From: an uncultured archaeon
GTDB taxonomy: Archaea > Micrarchaeota > Micrarchaeia > Micrarchaeales > CABMGC01
Length of the DNA stretch: 32,000 nt
Direction: 5' to 3'
Assembly: GCA_963704435.1 (NCBI GenBank)
Contig: OY969902.1
Location: 630,001 to 662,000, forward strand
Shown here: positions 25,447-32,000 of the stretch, piece after piece
How the letters are laid out: the number at the start of each line of letters is the position of its first letter
Position numbering within the stretch: position 1 is the stretch's first letter
Made by a program: the position numbers and the translations under genes
Notes under the pieces: generated by a model
What the model saw: only the letters and a program-made list of their open reading frames with translations
What the model was told of the DNA's origin: nothing
Database searches by the model: none

Positions 25447-27696
25447 TCACTGCTTTTGCGTCCCTCTCTTCTTCTGCTTTCCGGATACCGGCAGCGTGAA
25501 CCAGAACGTGCTGCCCTTCCCTGGCTCGGATATCACATGCATAGTTCCCCCGTGGAGGTTCACTATGCCCTTCGCGATTGAGAGCCCGAGACCGGTGCCC
25601 GACCCCTCCTGCTTGGTCAGGCCCTTCCTCTGCAGCTGGTAGAACTTCCTGAAGAGCTTGGACCGGTCCTCGCGGCCGATTCCCACCCCTGTGTCGGAGA
25701 CCTCCACCCTCACGTTCTTGCCCTTCCGGGAGACGTTGACCTTTATGCTTCCCTTGTCCGTAAATTTTATCGCGTTGCCTATGAGGTTGGCGAAGACCTG
25801 CAGGAGCCTGTTGGGGTCCGCCCTGATCTCGGGCACGTTGTAGTCTATGTTCCAGGAGAATTCCAGCCCCTTCTTCCGCGCCACCTCAGCTAGCGTGTTC
25901 AGGCTCGGCGTCTTAGCAAGCTCGTTGAGGTCGACGGCCTGGGGGTCTAGCTTTATCTTGGACGAGGCCAGCTTCGCCACGTCGAGTATCTGCATTATTA
26001 GCTCCATGAGCCTGTCCGATTCCGTGTTTATTATGTTGACGTACTCGCTCTGCTCGCTGCTGAGCGTGCCGAACGTGCCCTCCGTGAGCAGCTTCGCGAA
26101 GCCCTTTATGTTGGTGAGCGGCGTCTTGAGGTCGTGGGACAGGTCGTATATGAAATGCGTCTGCAGGTCGCTTTCCTCCTTCATGCTGTCGCGCTCTTTC
26201 GTCAGCTTCTCGACCTCGTCCTTGAGGCTCTCGTTCATGCGCTTCGTGCCGAGCTCCTTCATCATTATCATGTATCCGACCAGGCTGCTCTCCGCGTCTG
26301 TGACGCTTCTTACGGTCTGCTCGCAGGGGAGGCCCTCGTCGCTGCCCTTGGTCTGGATGTTGACGAACACGTTGCCCACGGTCCCGTTCTTCTTCGCCAG
26401 CGAGAGAGACGCGTTCGCCTTGTCCTGGCTGTCCTTGTCCAGGTACAGCAGGGTCAGCGCCCTCCCCTGCAGCTCGTCCCGCGTGTACCCGAGGATCCTC
26501 TCCGCGCTCCTGTTCGCCCCGCTGACATATCCGAACGCATCCACGGTCACCACGGCGTCACCGGCGTACTCGACGAGCTCGTCGATGGTTTTCTGCATGC
26601 TGCTTATGCGCTTCTCCATGCTTCCGCTGGACAGGACGCACGAGAATCCGCCGAACGCGTTCTTGACGAACGTCGCCTTCACCTCGACGAACACGTCGTT
26701 GCCCGCGTTTATCGTCATCTGTCTGACTAGCGCATCCTTGGCCGATCCAAGGCCGCCGATGAGGTCGCGCTCCCCGCCGTACTCAAGGTCGGAAAGCTTT
26801 CCCCCTATCACCATCTCCTTGCGCATCCTGAGTATCCTCTGCACGCTGTCCGTCGCCCATATGACCCTCGTGTCCTTGTCCATGAGCAGGAATGCGTCGT
26901 TAGTGCTGTAGTTCGCCAGTTTCGCCTCCTCGTCCAGCATCCTGAGGTTGGTTATGTCGTACGCGGTGACCAGGACCAGCTTCTCGTTCACCTCGCTTCC
27001 CGTCAGCCTGTAGAACCTGCCCGCGGCGTGCCTGTCCTGCGTCTCGATGACGCGCCCGCGCGCGAGGCTCTCGGCGGCATCCGCACCGACGTCGAAGAAC
27101 TCCCCGAAGTTCCTGCCGTTCAGTTCCCTCTGCATCCTTCCGGACGCCTTGACCATCGCCTTGTTGGCCTTGACGATGTTTCCCTTCCTGTCCAGCATGA
27201 GCCTGGCCGCTCCGGGGTCGAAGGCAGCGTCAAAATACTTTGCGAGGCTCACGCTCCTCTCCCGTTCTGCCCTTGCGGCCGCCTCGTAGGCGACTACTCC
27301 AGACAGGAGCGCGGCCCCCTCGACGAGCGCGGCCCCGAATGCGTCCTCCCGCTTCGAGAGCAGCGTCAGGATGAAGACGCTCCTCCCCTCCGCGACCGCG
27401 GGGAGCAGGACGCAGCTCCTGAAACCTGCATTGTAGTACTTGACAAGCTCCTGGAACGCGGAGTAGTCCCCCAGCCTGTTGTCGACGTAGGGCTTGCCCG
27501 TGTTAATGGCGAATTCCTCGAGCGGGGATAGGCCCTCCTTCTTGTCATAGGTTCCGACGAGCCTTGCGTAATCCGCGGAGAGGAGCCCGCTTATCTTATC
27601 CTTTGACTTCTCCAGAAGATCGTTCACGCCGCTTGTCCCCATCGCTATCGTAAAGAGCTCGGCTATCAGCCTGTCGATGGGGATTTGCTCCTGCAT
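25447..27696 (-). CDS. Sensor histidine kinase (GAF-like, multiple PAS-like domains, HisKA, HATPase_c)
   Basis: H-box FIYDLSHDLKTPLTNIKGFAKLL, N-box NRLLQVFANLIGNAIKFT, G-boxes VSDTGVGIGRED / GTGLGLSIAKGIVNLHGG / GKGSTFWFTLPV. No TM segments evident. Confidence 0.93.
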   Translation of the reverse strand: MQEQIPIDRLIAELFTIAMGTSGVNDLLEKSKDKISGLLSADYARLVGTYDKKEGLSPLEEFAINTGKPYVDNRLGDYSAFQELVKYYNAGFRSCVLLPAVAEGRSVFILTLLSKREDAFGAALVEGAALLSGVVAYEAAARAERERSVSLAKYFDAAFDPGAARLMLDRKGNIVKANKAMVKASGRMQRELNGRNFGEFFDVGADAAESLARGRVIETQDRHAAGRFYRLTGSEVNEKLVLVTAYDITNLRMLDEEAKLANYSTNDAFLLMDKDTRVIWATDSVQRILRMRKEMVIGGKLSDLEYGGERDLIGGLGSAKDALVRQMTINAGNDVFVEVKATFVKNAFGGFSCVLSSGSMEKRISSMQKTIDELVEYAGDAVVTVDAFGYVSGANRSAERILGYTRDELQGRALTLLYLDKDSQDKANASLSLAKKNGTVGNVFVNIQTKGSDEGLPCEQTVRSVTDAESSLVGYMIMMKELGTKRMNESLKDEVEKLTKERDSMKEESDLQTHFIYDLSHDLKTPLTNIKGFAKLLTEGTFGTLSSEQSEYVNIINTESDRLMELIMQILDVAKLASSKIKLDPQAVDLNELAKTPSLNTLAEVARKKGLEFSWNIDYNVPEIRADPNRLLQVFANLIGNAIKFTDKGSIKVNVSRKGKNVRVEVSDTGVGIGREDRSKLFRKFYQLQRKGLTKQEGSGTGLGLSIAKGIVNLHGGTMHVISEPGKGSTFWFTLPVSGKQKKRGTQKQ

Positions 27697-27773
27697 GGCC
27701 TCTGATTAAAATCTCTCGCTAAGTTAATAATGTTTGACGTGAACTAGGTATAACTGCATAAAAAGGAAGTCGC

Positions 27774-28436
27774 ATGGAGGCGAAGGAGGTCTTTGACGGA
27801 GTGTTCATGGTGGGAAGGAAGCTAGCCACGCGCAACCTGACCAGCGGGACCAAGGTATACGGCGAGGAGCTGGTGCGGATCGGCGGCTCCGAGTACCGGT
27901 TGTGGAACCCCTACAGGAGCAAGCTAGCGGCGGCGATACTGCTTGGCATGAGGGGCATGCGCATAGGGCGTGGCTCAAAGGTGCTGTACCTCGGCGCTGC
28001 GACGGGCACCACCAGCAGCCACGTGAGCGACATAGTGGGGAAGGGAGGGCTGGTGTACTGCATAGAGATATCCGAGAGGAGCATGCGGGAGCTCGTGGGC
28101 GTCTGCGAGTCGCGCGAGAACATGCTTCCGATGCTCAAGGATGCGAGGGACACGGACAGCTACGCAAAGGAAGTGGGCGTGTGCGACGTGCTATACCAGG
28201 ACATAGCCGCCAGGGACCAGGCGGACATACTCAACCGCAACAGCACCCTGCTGAGGAGCAAGGGCATGGCGTACGTCGCAATAAAGTCGCAGAGCATAGA
28301 CGTGACCGAGGACCCGGAGAAGGTATACGCGGATTTCCTCGCAAAGGTCTCGGAAATATTCGAAGTCCTTGAGAAGATAGACCTCAAGCCCTATTCGAAG
28401 ATGCATATGTTCGCGGTCCTCAGGAAGAGGAGATGA
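27774..28436 (+). CDS. flpA: Fibrillarin-like rRNA/tRNA 2'-O-methyltransferase
   Basis: YRLWNPYRSKLAAAILLG...VLYLGAATGTTSSHVSDIVGKGGLVYCIEISERSMRELV...DVLYQDIAARDQADIL...YVAIKSQSIDVT. Confidence 0.95.
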   Translation: MEAKEVFDGVFMVGRKLATRNLTSGTKVYGEELVRIGGSEYRLWNPYRSKLAAAILLGMRGMRIGRGSKVLYLGAATGTTSSHVSDIVGKGGLVYCIEISERSMRELVGVCESRENMLPMLKDARDTDSYAKEVGVCDVLYQDIAARDQADILNRNSTLLRSKGMAYVAIKSQSIDVTEDPEKVYADFLAKVSEIFEVLEKIDLKPYSKMHMFAVLRKRR

Positions 28437-28518
28437 TTTACTGGCAAGGCTGTGCCTCCGGAACCGGCACGAGAAACAATAAAAACCCAGACAGGCTAAG
28501 TGCAAGTGAGGAGGGGCC

Positions 28519-29346
28519 TTGATGCCGGATTTCGGGAGATATCTGAGAAGTTTCGAAAACGCAAAGTTCTCAGAGGTGGTCTGCAAGCACTGCTGGACGC
28601 ATGCCAAGTCGGCAAGCGCAGTCGATGCCGTCTGCAACTTCTGCGAGCAGCACGTAAGCGCGTCCGCCTATGCGCTGCACAATCCAGAAGCCGAGGCCAT
28701 CTTCCTTAAGCTGCAGAGCGCCGCGGCCCGCGGCCTCAGGGCCGACGACCTTGGCGCGCTGGACGCGCTCTTGAAGGGATGCTCAGATCCGCAGGTCCTC
28801 TACATATCTGGAATATTCTACTCGATTCTTTCGGATTCCCTCTATCTCTGCAGGAACTACGCACTCCCTGGGTTCATGGAAGAGAACTCCGGCAACATTA
28901 AGGCCAGTCTCGGCTACTCCGCCAGGTCCAAGGAGCTGTTCTACGGAGCGATAGCCCTTTCGGGAACGGAGCCGGCTTCGGGAGCCGAAGCGGAGTCGCT
29001 ACTTTTCATGGAGTTCCTGTGCTGGATCAAGCTCGGTAGGCTCGCGGATGCGTCAAGGGTCCTGGAGACGCTCCACAAGCTGGCGAAGGACGAGAAGGCG
29101 CTAGACTACTCCGACATGGTCTTCAGCGTGGAATCAGGAGCGAAGGACGCGGACGCCAGGCTCGCCAAGCTGCTTTCGGGGAACGAGGCCAACGCCTTCT
29201 ATTATCTTGCAAAGCGCCTGGCGAAGGGGAAGAGGTTCGGCGAGGCGCTGTCCGTGCTCGCGCGGCTGGGTCGGAAGGTCAACGTGCAGATGGCCCCGCA
29301 GCTCGCAAGCTCGATAAGGGCAGCGCAGGAAGCATCAAGGGTGTGA
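28519..29346 (+). CDS. Hypothetical helical-repeat-like protein with N-terminal paired-Cys motif
   Basis: 275 aa; CKHC-x14-CNFC near the N-terminus and helical-repeat-like C-terminal part. The start codon is TTG 28519 or ATG 28522. Confidence 0.65.
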   Translation: MMPDFGRYLRSFENAKFSEVVCKHCWTHAKSASAVDAVCNFCEQHVSASAYALHNPEAEAIFLKLQSAAARGLRADDLGALDALLKGCSDPQVLYISGIFYSILSDSLYLCRNYALPGFMEENSGNIKASLGYSARSKELFYGAIALSGTEPASGAEAESLLFMEFLCWIKLGRLADASRVLETLHKLAKDEKALDYSDMVFSVESGAKDADARLAKLLSGNEANAFYYLAKRLAKGKRFGEALSVLARLGRKVNVQMAPQLASSIRAAQEASRV

Positions 29347-29351
29347 AAGGG

Positions 29352-30800
29352 TCAGCCCTTTATGACTCCCATCGGCACGTTCCTGCTCACGATCTGCGAT
29401 ATCCCCGCCTTCTCGACTACGCCGACCACGTCGTCAACGTTCTTGTAGGCCCACTCAGCTTCTTCGCTTATGAGCTTCTTGCTCCTTACGCGTATCTCTA
29501 TCCCCTTGCTCTTTAGCGACTCTAGCGTCTTGGACGCAGGAATGTCCCTGAGGGCCTGTGATCTTGACATTACCCTTCCCGAGCCGTGGCATGTGGTGCC
29601 GAATGTCTCTCGCATGGCCCCATCAAGGCCACATAGCACATAGCTTGCCGTCCCCATGCTCCCCGGTATGATTACCGGCTGGCCCGTTCCGCGGTACTCC
29701 TTGGGCACCTCCTCCCTTCCCTTAGAGAACGCCCTTGTCGCCCCTTTCCTGTGCACGTAGACCCTGACCCTTTTGCCTCCGAAATCGTGCTCCTCGAGCT
29801 TCGCTATGTTATGCGCGACATCGTACAGCAAGTCCATTCCCAGCGCATCAGCGCTCTCGCCGAATATCTCCTCGAAACTCCTCCTCACCGCGTGCGTTAT
29901 CATTTGCCTGTTCGCGAACGCGTAGTTAACAGCGCATTTCATCGCCGCCAGGTAATCGTCAGCTTCCTTGTCTCCTATCCTGGCGTAGCTCAGCTCCCTG
30001 TCTGGAAGGGTTATTCCCTTCCTGTTCTGGTATTCAACGAGCGCCCTGAGGTAGTCGCTGCAGATCTGGTGGCCGAATCCGCGCGACCCGCAGTGCACCA
30101 TAATGACGACCTGGCCCTTGAAGAGGCCGAAGGCCTTCGCCGTCTTCTCGTCGCAGATTTTGTCGACGCGTTGTATCTCGAGGAAGTGGTTGCCCGCCCC
30201 GAGTGTGCCCAGCTCGTCGATTCCCCTCTTCTTCGCGTCGGCGCTCACCTTGGAGAAGTCAGCGCCGTCCATTGCGCCGTTCTCCTCCGCCCTCGCAAGG
30301 TCTTCGCTCACGCCGAAGCCCTTGCCCAGCGCATACCCGACGCCTTCCAGGGCGGTCCTCTCCAGGTCGCCCATCGTAAAGCCCATCTTCAGCCTGCTGC
30401 CGACGCCGCTGGGCACGTTCTTGAACATCGCGTCGAGCAGCTGGTTAAGCTTCGGCCTGACCTCCTTCTCCGTCAGCCCTGTTTTTATCAGCCGCACACC
30501 GCAATTGATATCGTAGCCCACGCTCCCAGGAGAGATTATCCCATCGTTTGCATCGAAAGCCGCGACGCCTCCTACGGGAAATCCGTAGCCCTCATGCGCG
30601 TCGCTCATAAGCAGTATGTTGCCAACGATCCCTGGCAGCTTCGAGGCGTTCACCGCCTGCTGGAGGGTCCTGTCGCTCTTTATCTTCTCGAGCATCGCGC
30701 CAGTTGCGTAAACGACGACGCCCGAGTTCATTCCCATGGCCCTGTCCTGCCTTATCTCGAACTTGACATCGCTAAGCCGCTCCAGCTCCACAAACAGCAC
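29352..30800 (-). CDS. rtcB: tRNA-splicing ligase RtcB
   Basis: LPGIVGNILLMSDAHEGYGFPVGGVAAFDANDGIISPGSVGYDINCGVRLIKT, NHFLEIQRVD, VIMVHCGSRGFGHQI, MGTASYVLCG, HGSGRVMSRSQA. Confidence 0.96.
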   Translation of the reverse strand: MLFVELERLSDVKFEIRQDRAMGMNSGVVVYATGAMLEKIKSDRTLQQAVNASKLPGIVGNILLMSDAHEGYGFPVGGVAAFDANDGIISPGSVGYDINCGVRLIKTGLTEKEVRPKLNQLLDAMFKNVPSGVGSRLKMGFTMGDLERTALEGVGYALGKGFGVSEDLARAEENGAMDGADFSKVSADAKKRGIDELGTLGAGNHFLEIQRVDKICDEKTAKAFGLFKGQVVIMVHCGSRGFGHQICSDYLRALVEYQNRKGITLPDRELSYARIGDKEADDYLAAMKCAVNYAFANRQMITHAVRRSFEEIFGESADALGMDLLYDVAHNIAKLEEHDFGGKRVRVYVHRKGATRAFSKGREEVPKEYRGTGQPVIIPGSMGTASYVLCGLDGAMRETFGTTCHGSGRVMSRSQALRDIPASKTLESLKSKGIEIRVRSKKLISEEAEWAYKNVDDVVGVVEKAGISQIVSRNVPMGVIKG

Positions 30801-30905
30801 CCACTCCCTGTTTTTACGTCGTTTTTAATGACAAAGATTAAATACCAGTAAATAACATATATGCTTACAAAGGATTTTAATGTATCCCTGATAATTCATA
30901 TCCGT

Positions 30906-31004
30906 GCAGGGATGGCGGAGCCTGGTCAAACGCGGCAGACTCAAGATCTGCTGACCTAAGGTCTGCGAGAGTTCAAAACATTTGAGCAAATCTCTCTCCC
31001 TGCA
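30906..31004 (+). tRNA. tRNA-Leu (anticodon CAA) with apparent 13-nt T-loop intron
   Basis: GCAGGGA TG GCG...CGC G GCAGA CT[CAA]GA TCTGC, variable arm GACC TAA GGTC, T-stem GAGAG/CTCTC enclosing the 20-nt ttcaaaacatttgagcaaat (30972-30991), TCCCTGC A. Removing 13 nt restores a 7-nt TTCAAAT loop. Confidence 0.88.
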
Positions 31005-31022
31005 CGCTTCTGTTTCGATGGG

Positions 31023-31790
31023 GTGGACTATATGGCAAAGAAAACAAGGAATGCAAGGACGAAGGCGAAGGTCGCCAGGGCGAGCGTCGCCTCCGGAAGC
31101 AAGAACTCCGTGATAGCGAAGCTCAAGAAGGCGAAGATAAAGGACAGCGTGCTAGTGGACATGTCGAGCTACGCGCAGACCGAGGACTTCACGAGCTCGG
31201 CGGCATGCGCGATGATGGTGCTCAAGTACGTCAACCCCAGCTTCAAGTTCAAGAGGGAGCAGGAGTACAGCATCTGGCAGGAGGCCGTTAACGGCAGCGT
31301 CTGGTACGGCTCGAAGTACGGCCTCGCCTACGCGCTGGCGAAGCGGGGCGCCAAGGTCGGCATAATAAGCAACACCAAGGACGAGGGGTACGAGAAGAAG
31401 ATGGCCGTCTACGAGAACGTCAACCTCGACACGCTGCTCGCGTCTTTCAATGAGATAAGGCAGAAGTCGGTGTCGGCAGGCGTGGAGGAGGAGCACGGCG
31501 TGGTTACGCTCGGTACCATAAAGAAGGCGCTGTCGTCCAACCAAATCCCGATAGTGCTCATAGACGCCAGGATAATAAACTCATACCTGGACTCGATGCC
31601 GCACTGGGTCGTCGTGAAGGGCTATGACAAGGACACCTTCTATGTCGTGGACCCGTATTCCGACAGCACGATAACCCTCGGCACTGACGCGTTCAAGTCG
31701 GCGCTGGGCTTCGACAACAACTACCACATGATAGCGGTCAGTGCCCCTGCCGGAAGCGCCAGTAGGGCGAAGCCAAGGCGCGTCGGCTAG
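31023..31790 (+). CDS. C39-like papain-fold cysteine peptidase domain protein
   Basis: Cys region SSAACAMMVLKYVNP and His/Asp region MPHWVVVKGYDKDTFYVVDPYSD; basic N-terminal extension. Confidence 0.75.
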   Translation: MDYMAKKTRNARTKAKVARASVASGSKNSVIAKLKKAKIKDSVLVDMSSYAQTEDFTSSAACAMMVLKYVNPSFKFKREQEYSIWQEAVNGSVWYGSKYGLAYALAKRGAKVGIISNTKDEGYEKKMAVYENVNLDTLLASFNEIRQKSVSAGVEEEHGVVTLGTIKKALSSNQIPIVLIDARIINSYLDSMPHWVVVKGYDKDTFYVVDPYSDSTITLGTDAFKSALGFDNNYHMIAVSAPAGSASRAKPRRVG

Positions 31791-31797
31791 AAAGCCT

Positions 31798-32000
31798 TTA
31801 CGGGCGGCGCGGCATTCCTGCCTGTCCTGGGGCAGGTCCGCGCGCGAAACGCGCAACGTTCCTATTCCTGTCAAGCCGGCTATAGCAGCCGAGGCACATT
31901 ACCCTGCGTCTGACGATGCCCGCCCTGACGTACGGATCCCTCTCCTGCACGTACCGCGGCGGTATTACTCTTATCCTGTCCCTTTCGATTGGACGCTCGC
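31798..32000 (-). CDS. C-terminal fragment of an unidentified Arg-rich protein, truncated by the window edge
   Basis: Reverse frame is open to the window end: ...ERPIERDRIRVIPPRYVQERDPYVRAGIVRRRVMCLGCYSRLDRNRNVARFARGPAPGQAGMPRRP*. Confidence 0.4.
   Translation of the reverse strand, partial: ERPIERDRIRVIPPRYVQERDPYVRAGIVRRRVMCLGCYSRLDRNRNVARFARGPAPGQAGMPRRP

Noticed and set aside
25847-26911. 354-aa plus-strand Ser-rich ORF (and 26134-26730)
   Set aside because: Antisense to the histidine kinase; Ser/Leu-rich shadow translation of a real coding frame.
29751-30851. 366-aa plus-strand ORF
   Set aside because: Shadow ORF antisense to RtcB, with low-information Arg/His/Val-rich composition. 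RtcB motifs on the minus strand are unambiguous.
1-32000. CRISPR array or cas operon (prompted by the Cas4-like nuclease at the left edge)
   Set aside because: No regularly spaced direct repeats were seen, and the nuclease has no cas neighbours in the window; it is equally compatible with a stand-alone ExoV/RecB-like enzyme.
1-32000. Transposase, integrase or phage structural genes
   Set aside because: None recognised in any listed ORF; inverted repeats typical of insertion sequences were not found by eye.

Overview
This window is archaeal chromosome, probably from a DPANN/Micrarchaeota-like lineage. That placement is inferred from gene content, very tight gene spacing, near-leaderless starts and intron-containing tRNAs; no database search was run. 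Housekeeping genes include a RecB/Cas4-like nuclease fragment, a HAD phosphatase, a TRAM-domain protein, a PurD-like ATP-grasp enzyme, aIF2-beta, aIF1A, a RIO1 kinase, an XPF-type nuclease, a probable Cgi121, ribosomal protein S8e, an OTC/ATCase-family transcarbamoylase, an FNR-like reductase, RNase HI, fibrillarin and RtcB. RNA genes are an SRP (7S) RNA abutting tRNA-Ser(GCU), an intron-containing CAU tRNA, tRNA-His(GUG), and a tRNA-Leu(CAA) that appears to carry a 13-nt intron in the T-loop. The most interesting accessory block is a compact, translationally coupled type IV pilus-like locus (about 12.1-18.1 kb): a secretion ATPase, a TadC/FlaJ-like platform protein split into two ORFs, then 6-7 consecutive small proteins with class III-signal-like N-termini. 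An AbiE-like toxin/antitoxin pair lies just beyond it. Other unusual items are a TPR-AAA+ fusion, a histidine kinase / secreted protein / wHTH-receiver-degenerate GGDEF-like cluster, and a secreted protein with internal duplications. No CRISPR array or transposon was seen. All family assignments come from motif recognition by eye.
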